NCBI GenBank assembly: GCA_012271185.1
Contig: JAAXGV010000207.1
Coordinates: forward strand, 1 to 39,170
Direction of reading: 5' to 3'
DNA from: Rhodothermales bacterium
Lineage (GTDB): Bacteria > Bacteroidota > Rhodothermia > Rhodothermales > Bin80
DNA: 39,170 bases
Within the stretch, counting starts at the first letter, position 1. Each line of letters opens with the position of its first letter. Below are positions 1 through 8,999 of the stretch, one piece after another. The position numbers and the translations under genes are program-made. The notes under the pieces were generated by a model, which had not been told where the DNA came from, did not search any database, and saw only the letters and a program-made list of their open reading frames with translations.

Positions 1-47
1 ACAGCACGATTGGGACTTGACTCGGATATTCACAGTGACAAAGGTGC

Positions 48-380
48 TTATGTGGGACGCCTTTCCACGCGGTCCACCCACATTGAATGCTGCTCTTTGG
101 CCTGGCAGGGGTAATAGGTGTTGTAACGAATAGCCCGTGGCACGATGTCCATGAGGTGTGGCTCCTTCTCAAACAGGCGACGCAAGATTGGCAGGAGCAC
201 CAGGTACACGAATGCGCATGCGCCCAGCACGATCGGATCAAGACGTGACGCAATGCCCATGCATGCCATGAGCAAGGCAAGAAGCAGGAAGGCATCCTGC
301 GGCAGACCAAAAAGCTGCGGGCGGCGATGAAGAGAGTCATGCACAGCAGCTCGTTGCAGGTATTCATGCGCGGGTGGCAT
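48..380 (-). CDS. virB3: VirB3/TrbD-like type IV secretion inner-membrane protein (110 aa)
   Basis: C-terminal part of ORF 48..758, restarted at ATG 380 (MPPAHEYLQRAAVHDSLHRRPQLFGLPQ). It shows the VirB3-like 'V(H)xSLxRPxLxGxP' start, two hydrophobic segments and a 'KEPH' motif. The ATG overlaps the pilin stop (TGATG). Confidence 0.7.
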   Translation of the reverse strand: MPPAHEYLQRAAVHDSLHRRPQLFGLPQDAFLLLALLMACMGIASRLDPIVLGACAFVYLVLLPILRRLFEKEPHLMDIVPRAIRYNTYYPCQAKEQHSMWVDRVERRPT

Positions 381-703
381 CAAAGCACTGCGCCCTGAAA
401 CGCGAAGAACTCTGAAATCTGTGCCGCGCCGAAGATGATGACCGCACCCACGACCGTGCGCCCAAGCACTTCGCCAGCCCGGTTGGACCGCGCGATCCAC
501 CATGCAATGCCACCCAGCACTATGATGAGGAGAAAGGCGGCTGTGGCCAGGTCGCCGGTAAGCAGTGCCACCAGCTTTCGTACCGTGCCAGTCGCGATCT
601 CTATGCCGCCGATGCCGCTGGCAGATGCCAGCGCAGGAAAGAGGAGCAGTCCTCCGATGGTTAGCGGCAGTGCCGGAAAAAGGCGTTCCCAGGTGCGTGT
701 CAT
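380..703 (-). CDS. virB2: VirB2/TrbC-like conjugative pilin precursor (107 aa)
   Basis: Signal peptide ending PALA-SA, two hydrophobic helices (LTGDLATAAFLLIIVLGGIAWW; VVGAVIIFGAAQI), pilin size, and position directly upstream of a virB3-like gene. Confidence 0.75.
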   Translation of the reverse strand: MTRTWERLFPALPLTIGGLLLFPALASASGIGGIEIATGTVRKLVALLTGDLATAAFLLIIVLGGIAWWIARSNRAGEVLGRTVVGAVIIFGAAQISEFFAFQGAVL

Positions 704-773
704 TGAGCTGAAGGTATGTTGTGCCGATTATACCGTGGACACCAGTGAGCAGACGCACGGGTGCAGCTACGAT

Positions 774-2888
774 TCAGGCAATGTTGCGCCGAAGATCGGC
801 AATCAGGGGGCTGGGCGTGTCGTAGCTCGATATGAGCAGCGTCTTGCGGGCCCGTGTACAGACGACATAGAGCAGCGAACGCTCCTTCCTCAGGAACTCC
901 GCACGTCCAGCGGCACCGGCTGCAGCCTTCATATGTTTGCGGGAAGGCAGGTGTTCGTCGGTCACGCTTGCAGCAATGACATGGTCAAACTCCAGTCCCT
1001 TAACCCGGTGCATCGTTCCAATGCGAATGCCTGGCTTGGCCAGGTTGTCAGGACGAGAGCTCTTGATGGAAAACGTTGGTACGGAACGCATCATCAGCGC
1101 ACCTTTGTATTGACTGACCAGGTCATTGGAGCGCGCCACAAGGCAGATGCGGTGCCACTCGTCGCCACAGCGCAGTTCGGTGATGTACTCCAGGATCCCA
1201 TCGACCTCTTCCTGGAAGGAATTGTAATGGTTGATGACAGGGTCCTCGCCATGCATCAGTGACGTGTAGCCTTTAACCGTGTCGCACGATCCATCGAGAT
1301 CGTCGTAGGGTACGCCTTCAAGAACACCTACTGCACATTCGCGCACTTCCTCGGGAGTGCGGTAGTTGACGCGCAGTCGCCGGCTGCGGCCCTGGATGTT
1401 TATACCGCAATGGCTCAGCACCAGGGGGCGGCCGAAGATACGCTGGTGCGCATCGCCGACAATCATCAGGTTGTTGCTGTCACCCCGCGGCGCGATGGCG
1501 CGAACGAGACGCATAGCTGCGGCAGGCAGATCCTGGGCCTCGTCAACAATCACGCTGCGATACCTGCACGGCTGCTCTTCCAGCCTCTTGGCCATCTCGT
1601 GCATAGTGTCTTCCGGCTCCCGGAGGCCGATGCTCAAAAGGTTTGAGCGATATGCAGAAAAGATCTGCCACAACTTCTGTCTGGACTTGCGGTGCAGCCC
1701 TTTTCCGCGACCTTTTCGCGATACACCCAGGTACTCAGATTCTGTTTCGATGCCGTGGGCCAGCACCACGGCGCTGAACTCCTCCTTGATGAAGTTCAGC
1801 GAATGGGAGAACTCAAAGTCCTGACTGTCAACAGCTTCCTGCCAGTATGTGTTTTTCTCAGCTTCTCTGTAGGCCATACGCCAGTGCAGATCCAGCCGCT
1901 TGCCCTCTCTGTTGACCCAGGCATCAATGTTGATGACTTCAATACTCCAAACGCTTCCGCACTGCACATCTTCTTAAGGTTTGCGCGGACATCCGCCACA
2001 AGGTTCTTGCTGAAAACCAGAAACAGGATTCTGTCCTCAGGCCCGTTAAACACCTCCGTTGCAAGGCGTTTAGCGCGATGCATGGCCACAACAGTCTTTC
2101 CAGTACCGGCTCCGCCAAGCACCCGCATGGGGCCGCGGGCATTCATGTTGACCAGGCTGCGCTGAGCAGGATGCAAGAAGATGCGCCATTCACCCAGTGG
2201 CGCATCTATCATCTCACGCAGTGACGCATCGTCGCGAATGATAACGAATGCAGGTTGGCCCTTTGGGTGCTTGAGAGCATCGCTGTAGTCGTCTCCAGCG
2301 ACCTGCCGGGCCATCACATCAATTTCGCGCACAAGACTGTCATAGTCTGCCCCATCGGCAAGCTCGCTTAGCACAAGTGCTGCGTCCTCGGGGAGATCGT
2401 CCATGTGATCCTCAAGGTCGGACTTTGTGGCAAACGTGCGAACAAGCGCTATCAGATCCTTTGGCACTCCGAGCCGGCAAAGCTGACGATCCCGCCAGGC
2501 AGAAAAAAGATCCTTATCAGCGGGCTTCGTGTCGGTTTCAGCACTGATATGCTGAGTTTCGTAAATCTGGATAACCTTGGTGTCCGGATGGATCGCCACC
2601 TTGTTCTGGCATGCCCACTGGTATGCAGCGTCATGGTTGTCTACCCGCAAACAGATGAGCGTGTTATCCTTTTTTTTCCTGCAGGACGATGGCGCGGTAC
2701 TTCCGGTCAATACGGATCGATCGCAGGTTATCGCTGCCGGCGTTCGTGATAGGTTCAAAATTGAACCCTCCTGAGGTAGGATTAAGGCGGTAACGCTTTA
2801 CGAACTTATTGACTTTATTCCGAATCTGCTGTGGCAAGCGATCTTTCATCGCCATAAACTCGGTCGTCATCGCCAGTGCAACATTCAT
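774..2888 (-). pseudogene. UvrD/SF1 helicase with N-terminal RelE-like domain, split by two frameshifts
   Basis: Three overlapping ORFs (2664..2888, 1796..2758, 774..1967) join into one protein with Walker A GGAGTGKT, VDEAQD, GDAHQRI, NYRT, TMHRVKGLEF and LYVVCTRAR. Frame breaks lie at the T8 run 2670-2677 and near 1945-1950. Confidence 0.85.
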
Positions 2889-3086
2889 GGGTCGTACGGT
2901 CTTAACTGGTGTGATTTCAGGCCATTTCTTGTGGACTCGTGTACGCTGGGAAAGGTCCAGCCGGCTGCGCAGTCTTCGAGCTCGCCGTGGGGCCACAACC
3001 ATGCTGCGGATGCCCTCACAGTGCCACTGTCATCACAGGCGCTTTCACCTGCCTCTGGCGCCGGAACCACGCGGGTGTGCAGCTCT

Positions 3087-6000
3087 TTAGCATAGGGCGT
3101 ACGGCTCGCCTTCGCACCTTTCTTCCCGGCCGGTTGCGAGAGCGTCATGCTTCGGACAGGGTGTGCTGGGTTCCAGCCCATCGTACCGGTCCTGCTCCAT
3201 GCCTGTGGTGCAGAAGAAGCCACGCTGCGGCAAAAACTGAAACAGGTTCATTAGGCGTAGGAACCCGTTCCAGGCGGCTTTAAATCCTTTGCGCCTGGGC
3301 GCTCCGTCATCCAGGTGCACGCATATGCTCACAGCACTTGTATCATAAGCGCTGACTGCAGCCCTGCTGGTTCGCACCAGGATTGTTGCACTGTGGTCAC
3401 TGTCATCCGTGCGCTGGCCCACCAGCGTATCCTCGCCCCTGTCCAGACCAAACCACCGGGGTGCCAGGCCCGAAGCAGCCTCTGACCAGTCTTTTCGGGT
3501 CCAGTCCTGGACACACAATACTGCATGAGCGTAGGCCAGCACGGTCCATCTGGCACGGTGCGGCTCTTTCAGGAAGGCCATGAACAGGTCCATGCTGCCA
3601 GCGGTCCGCACGCTCTTCATGGTGCCGAGGTCGCCGCATGCGTCAGCCAGGTGGTTCAAGAAATGCTCAATCTTTGCTTCCTTGCCTGCATCCAGTGCGA
3701 TGTAGTCCTCGTAATGCGTACCACCGTCGTTTGCTGTCAGATCGTTCCAGGTCAATGACCATACATGGTACCGGCCCGATGCCAGTATGGCCATCCGCTT
3801 GGCGGTATCCTCTGCAAGCTGGCCGCAATGATATGCATAGCCATCAGTGAACACGGCTACTGGCAATGCCCCGCACTGCGAGGCCGGCCTGAAAACGAAG
3901 TCCGGGCGGGACCATTCTGCCAGGTTCTCTTTTGGTCCAAGCGAGACCTGGCATTCTATCTCCCACGTTTGATCGCCATGCGTTAGCCTGTATCCCTCCT
4001 TTCCGTTCCTGAAAACCCTTTCGAACGCGCCGTCGGCTCTCTGCTCCAGCTCCTCCACCAGCTTAACCTCACACTGGCTCTCCAGGAACGGGTTCAGGTC
4101 CACCTGGTCCAAGGACTGTATCCTGGCAAGGTCTGGGCCCTGTTCCAGGATCTTCTCCAGGGTTGCGCTGGCAACCTCCCGCGAAATGCGATCTCTGACC
4201 CAGCTGTTCCGGTAGGCGTACAGGCAGCGGTAGCACCCGTCTTTTGTTGCATCCTGCGCACATTCACACTGCTCAAGGCGCTTCTGCGCGATGCGGAGCA
4301 CCTCCAGAATCTTCTCAGGGCTACGGGCAAGCCCCTTCAGGTATCCGGTGCCCCCTGGCACTGAGTCGTAGATAAAAACGAAAACCTTCCGCCTGGAATC
4401 ATCAGCAAGGGGAGCGCTCTGGATCATGGTGCGCAGGTGGCTCACCCGGCCGCGGAAGTACTCTTTGAGTCCCATGTTGAGTGCTGCACAAAACGAGTCC
4501 GCTTCGCGGGATACCGGGCCGTCCGCAGCTGCGGGCAGCAGTATCCGGACAGCTTCCGAGGTGAACGCATGATACAGGAAGAGCTCGCTGCCGGCGTCAG
4601 GGCCTTTGCCGCGAAGGCAGCAGTCGTAGGCGTGCCTGATGGCACTGTCGCCGTGCATCCGGACCATGCCACATTTCGGGCAGCACGCGAAGCCACGCGT
4701 GTTCTTTTCCTCTCCGGCTATGACAACCGGTATGCAAGGATGCTCATGGCCGAAGTTGACAGTCCGCAGTGCAGCCTTCCGCACATACTCGAAGCCAAAA
4801 GGCACGATGGCTTTCCTGGATACGTAAGCAGGGCTGGCGTCACGACGGCTGAACTGCACGTGTGTGCGGACATGGTACTGCGTCCGCTCGCGCACCTCAG
4901 CGTCATCATATGAGCGACTGGCACGGTCGTTTGACACAGATGCGACGCGTAACATGCGCACCATAGCATGTTTGCGCCCCGTATCACGCCATGTGCTGCT
5001 TTCACACTCCGGGCATCGGGGCTGTGTGGCCGTAGCCACGCGTTCGAGATACATGCAGCTGTCGCAGAAGCGCCAGTCTTCTATGTCCCCGTCCTTAAGA
5101 GTGATCTGTGAAATTCTGACACTGCGGCCACCCGCGTAAAACCTGTTACCTGGCGCAAGCTCCCGGATGGCTGACGCGCCCAGGCGGGTGTATTCATCGG
5201 TTGACACATTTTTGGTGTCCCCTTCGCTGTACAGTATCGTAGACTGCAGTGTGACCAGGCTCTGGGGGAAGGCGTAGTTGGGCAGTATCCCTTCCTTGGT
5301 CAGGAAGTTGAATACCGGCATCTTGTTAATGGTGGCCTTTATAGAGCCAAGCATCCTCCGGTGGCGATGTAGCTCCCTTTCTTCCTGAGCGAAGTTCTGA
5401 TCTTTTGGGCGGGACTTCAGTTGCTCTATCTGCCGCCAGACTCGCCCGATATCTTGTGTCAGCTTTGTACGCTCGTCACGTTTGGTTGCAAACGCTTGCA
5501 GAACGGCAAACCTGAGTGTCGGGTCGCTGCTGGTGTTATCCAGGTTCAGGTAGCACTGCAGCTGCTCCCGACACTGTTTGTCGATGTGTTCTCCAAAGAG
5601 CCCGATGAACTGCTCGAACAGGCTTTCTGCATTCTCGTCAGCGTATGCAAGCCAGCTGTACGGAAACCGCATTTCGTCCTCCTTGTCCAGGTGGCCGAGC
5701 ATCAGGCGCAGGTTAGGGGGTACAGCCTTCTCGCTGACACCGCTGGCGATCCACGAGTCAAGCGTGAACGCAGCCAGCTGGCGCTTAAGCACGGCCGGCG
5801 CGCGCAGGAATGTGCCGGGCACGTGGACATCGCCGGCGATCATGTCTTCCGGTTCTGCAAAGTAGTACAGATCATGCGGCTGTGCAGCGGCGACGGTAAG
5901 CCCGAACGCGTTGCCGTCGCGTCGTCCTGCGCGTCCGATACGCTGCACGTAGTTGGCCTGAGTCGGTGGCACGCTGCAGAGGATAACCGATGATAGGTCT

Positions 6001-8999
6001 CCGATATCAACACCCAGCTCCAGCGTGGGAGTGCAGGAGATGATGTTCGGGTCCCAGGGCAGTGAATCCTGGCGCATGAAGTCTTTCTCCAGCTGCTCCC
6101 GCTCCTTTCTCGCCAATAGCCCCGTATGCTCTTTCGCAACAATCCGCCGCACGTCCGCAGACCGGTATCGTGCACGGTAGTAATCCAGCTGACCCGTATC
6201 GGCGGCCTCGAAGGCTCCGAAGCAGGCGTGCCGTACACAGGGCATACCGACCCACAGCGCGTGCTCATGCTGCGGTACGGTTACCTGGTAGCTGCACTGG
6301 TTGCACCTGCAGCTGTTCACGCTGGTAGTAATCTGGAGCGCATCAGGCCGCAGGCCCCATACGGGGTGCTTTGTGCTGTCCTTTCTGGCCAAGACCTGCA
6401 CCCGCGCGGCCTCGCCAAGCACATAACGGTACAGCTGGTCCTGGATCCAGGGAATCTCGTCGTCAGCAAACAGACTCCTCCTGGCCCACCCGCCAAGCCA
6501 GGTTCTGCGCTGTCCGCTGCCAATGGTCATGAACGTGTCGCTCCGGCCTGACGTGATGAAGGCCGGGCGGGGACTGCGAGGCCCCATGCGGGGCATATGT
6601 TTGATGTGCAGGTCGCTCATCACGCCGTACTGCCTGCCCATCCTTTTGATGTAGTTGCCCAGTACCTCGTGCAGGATGCCTCCACTGACCCGCAGCCGGT
6701 AAATCAGGCCGATCAGGAACTGGTGCAACCTGCGGGCTGTCAGGTTGCGAAGCCCCCCAAGCTCGTTGCGAAGCCGCTCAAGTAAGGGGTCACACGCCAT
6801 CAGCTCCGCACGGGCAAAGGCTGTGGCTGACAGCGTGTTTTCGAGGCTTCGCCCGAGGCGGGCGTTGAGGCCAAAAGCCTGATACACTTCCCATTCGAGC
6901 CGTTTTTCGACGTACGCAACAAGGTCGGAACCTTTGGGCAGCTCGCCGTGCTGCGTCAGATACGCATAGTCTGCCAGCCAGCAGAGGTTGGGCGCGATGA
7001 AGGTGCCGACAAAGTCTATGTCACCGTACGCATCGCGTGCTGCCTGCACATAGCGCGCTGCCAGCACATCGAGTGCTGCGTTTTGCTCATCCTGCAGGAT
7101 ATGCTGCAGCAGTGATGTTCGGACGTTGAATGAAAACGTGCGTGCCTGAAAATAGCCGGCGCGATGCGACGCATCCTGCACTGAGTCAGAGAATGCCAGC
7201 ACCTTCTTGTCATCGTTGTGTCGGGACCCGAAGAGCTGCCCGATCGCTACGGATGTCAGGCTGGCTGCCTGTGCGCCGACAATGCTGACCGTGTTCACAG
7301 CGCCACAGGAGGCGCATGTTATCCGGGACCATGATTTGCCATCCTTCTGGTTTATCAGGTCCGGGACGCTGACGGTAAGGTGGTCCGTACAGTCCGCACA
7401 CGCCTGGGCACTGAGTGGATGGAGGATGCGGCACTTCAGGCAGAGCCGGTACTGGGGGGATTCGATGCGGCTGTCCGGGTACAGGAGGCGAAACTCGGCA
7501 CTGCGACCAAAAAAGGCCCGATAGATTGCGGCGGGGCTGGCTTCAATCACCGGATCGTTCAGCCGCTGTCGCGCCGCCCACCCGGCTGCGCCGCAGTTGC
7601 GGCAGACCGCCAGCGGCAGATGGTTTATTTCCTGCCTGTCCTCCTCCGAATCCTCGAGATCATCGTACCACACCAGGCGTGCATCTTCACGTGTGGATAC
7701 CAGCATCCGTCGGAGCTCGCGTATCCACAGCTGGATGTGCACGTTCAGCAGCGGACGGCTGGGATCCTGGGGGTGACGCGCATAGCTGACCAGGGCCAGC
7801 AGACTCTCCAGCAGCAGGCCCGGGGCCTCAGCCTCCGGTGCAAGCCTGCGCGCAACTGCACGCCATGGCACCGTCGCCGCCTCAACAATCTTGATAAGGT
7901 TGTGAAAGGCCACATGCTGCCTCAGGGACTGCCCCAGCCGGGATCGCCAGCTGCCGCTGACAACCTCATCGGCTGTGATTTCCGTGCCAAACCATGCGTC
8001 ATGCTGCGCTGCAACATATTCCGGCAGTGTGCCGTGGCGGGCTGGCGCGAGGGGCTCCAGGCTTGCCGGAAACGCAACATGTCTGATAAGCTCTTCCCCG
8101 AGAAAATCCCTGGCCGTCAGGCGGTCTTCTGATATGATGGCGTTCTTATCGAACGCTTCGCCAAAGATCTTCTTTGCGTAGTCTTGAAGCGCGTCGGTAT
8201 GCTGTGGCGCCAGTGTGGCTGAGGTTCCGACGGGGCATGCGTCTGGCGCGCGGAGGCGATGCTTCAGGCGTCTCAGCAAGCAGGTCAGATCTGTTTCCTG
8301 AGCGCCGTCGAAGGTGTGCAGCTCGTCCACAACGATAAAACGCAGCGCGCCGGGGCGGTTGTCCTTCCATATCCTGGCATCGCGCGGCCGAACCAGAAGG
8401 TAATCCAGCATCGAGTAGTTGGTGAGCAGGATATCTGGCGGTTTCTGCTGCATGGCCTGCCGCCGGGTGATGATGTTGCCTGCGGTCATACGCCCCTGCG
8501 GCACCGCATCCTGGCCGCCTATGTACAGCCCTGCTGTGACCCGGCCGCGGAGGTCCTTATTGCCATGGACTATGCCCGCGATGCGCAGCGCCTGGTCCAT
8601 AGCTAGCGCATTCATAGGGTATATCAGTATCGCCTTGATGCCTGGCTCACCGGCATGTTGACGGCAGTAGTCCAGGACCGGGTACAGGAACGCTTCGGTC
8701 TTGCCGGAGCCGGTCCCGGTGGCTATGATGGTCGGATCCGGTCTCTTAAGGCGCGCAAAGGCCTTCTCCTGGTGCACGTACGCTGCAAAGGGCAGGGAAA
8801 GCCCGGGAAAGTATGCTGCGCCCTGCGTGCCCACCTTGAAGGGCAGCTGGAACGACACGTAGGCTCCCTTGAACGCTTCTCCTCGCGCCACAAAGTCCGA
8901 TATGGTTCTGGCAAACCGTGACGTGGAGATCCGGTACTGCGTCTGCAGAAAGTCTTCTACGGCCTGCCTGACCTGGCTGCTGAGTACGGAAGGGATCAT
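3087..8999 (-). CDS. Giant YprA/DrmA-like SF2 DEAH helicase with Zn-binding motifs, DUF1998 domain and C-terminal PD-(D/E)xK-like nuclease; original C-terminus probably ran to 2885
   Basis: TGTGSGKTEAF, DELH, SAT, TPTLELGVDIG and QRIGRAGR motifs; many CxxC pairs; DUF1998-type YDSVPGGTGY...CEC...GCYRCL; RPDF...AVFTDGYAYH near the end. ATGA overlap with the methyltransferase stop at 8996-8999. Confidence 0.9.
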   Translation of the reverse strand: MIPSVLSSQVRQAVEDFLQTQYRISTSRFARTISDFVARGEAFKGAYVSFQLPFKVGTQGAAYFPGLSLPFAAYVHQEKAFARLKRPDPTIIATGTGSGKTEAFLYPVLDYCRQHAGEPGIKAILIYPMNALAMDQALRIAGIVHGNKDLRGRVTAGLYIGGQDAVPQGRMTAGNIITRRQAMQQKPPDILLTNYSMLDYLLVRPRDARIWKDNRPGALRFIVVDELHTFDGAQETDLTCLLRRLKHRLRAPDACPVGTSATLAPQHTDALQDYAKKIFGEAFDKNAIISEDRLTARDFLGEELIRHVAFPASLEPLAPARHGTLPEYVAAQHDAWFGTEITADEVVSGSWRSRLGQSLRQHVAFHNLIKIVEAATVPWRAVARRLAPEAEAPGLLLESLLALVSYARHPQDPSRPLLNVHIQLWIRELRRMLVSTREDARLVWYDDLEDSEEDRQEINHLPLAVCRNCGAAGWAARQRLNDPVIEASPAAIYRAFFGRSAEFRLLYPDSRIESPQYRLCLKCRILHPLSAQACADCTDHLTVSVPDLINQKDGKSWSRITCASCGAVNTVSIVGAQAASLTSVAIGQLFGSRHNDDKKVLAFSDSVQDASHRAGYFQARTFSFNVRTSLLQHILQDEQNAALDVLAARYVQAARDAYGDIDFVGTFIAPNLCWLADYAYLTQHGELPKGSDLVAYVEKRLEWEVYQAFGLNARLGRSLENTLSATAFARAELMACDPLLERLRNELGGLRNLTARRLHQFLIGLIYRLRVSGGILHEVLGNYIKRMGRQYGVMSDLHIKHMPRMGPRSPRPAFITSGRSDTFMTIGSGQRRTWLGGWARRSLFADDEIPWIQDQLYRYVLGEAARVQVLARKDSTKHPVWGLRPDALQITTSVNSCRCNQCSYQVTVPQHEHALWVGMPCVRHACFGAFEAADTGQLDYYRARYRSADVRRIVAKEHTGLLARKEREQLEKDFMRQDSLPWDPNIISCTPTLELGVDIGDLSSVILCSVPPTQANYVQRIGRAGRRDGNAFGLTVAAAQPHDLYYFAEPEDMIAGDVHVPGTFLRAPAVLKRQLAAFTLDSWIASGVSEKAVPPNLRLMLGHLDKEDEMRFPYSWLAYADENAESLFEQFIGLFGEHIDKQCREQLQCYLNLDNTSSDPTLRFAVLQAFATKRDERTKLTQDIGRVWRQIEQLKSRPKDQNFAQEERELHRHRRMLGSIKATINKMPVFNFLTKEGILPNYAFPQSLVTLQSTILYSEGDTKNVSTDEYTRLGASAIRELAPGNRFYAGGRSVRISQITLKDGDIEDWRFCDSCMYLERVATATQPRCPECESSTWRDTGRKHAMVRMLRVASVSNDRASRSYDDAEVRERTQYHVRTHVQFSRRDASPAYVSRKAIVPFGFEYVRKAALRTVNFGHEHPCIPVVIAGEEKNTRGFACCPKCGMVRMHGDSAIRHAYDCCLRGKGPDAGSELFLYHAFTSEAVRILLPAAADGPVSREADSFCAALNMGLKEYFRGRVSHLRTMIQSAPLADDSRRKVFVFIYDSVPGGTGYLKGLARSPEKILEVLRIAQKRLEQCECAQDATKDGCYRCLYAYRNSWVRDRISREVASATLEKILEQGPDLARIQSLDQVDLNPFLESQCEVKLVEELEQRADGAFERVFRNGKEGYRLTHGDQTWEIECQVSLGPKENLAEWSRPDFVFRPASQCGALPVAVFTDGYAYHCGQLAEDTAKRMAILASGRYHVWSLTWNDLTANDGGTHYEDYIALDAGKEAKIEHFLNHLADACGDLGTMKSVRTAGSMDLFMAFLKEPHRARWTVLAYAHAVLCVQDWTRKDWSEAASGLAPRWFGLDRGEDTLVGQRTDDSDHSATILVRTSRAAVSAYDTSAVSICVHLDDGAPRRKGFKAAWNGFLRLMNLFQFLPQRGFFCTTGMEQDRYDGLEPSTPCPKHDALATGREERCEGEPYALC

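Noticed and set aside
381-758. First half of the 236-aa ORF 48..758
   Set aside because: It overlaps the pilin gene in another frame; only the part from ATG 380 looks like a real protein.
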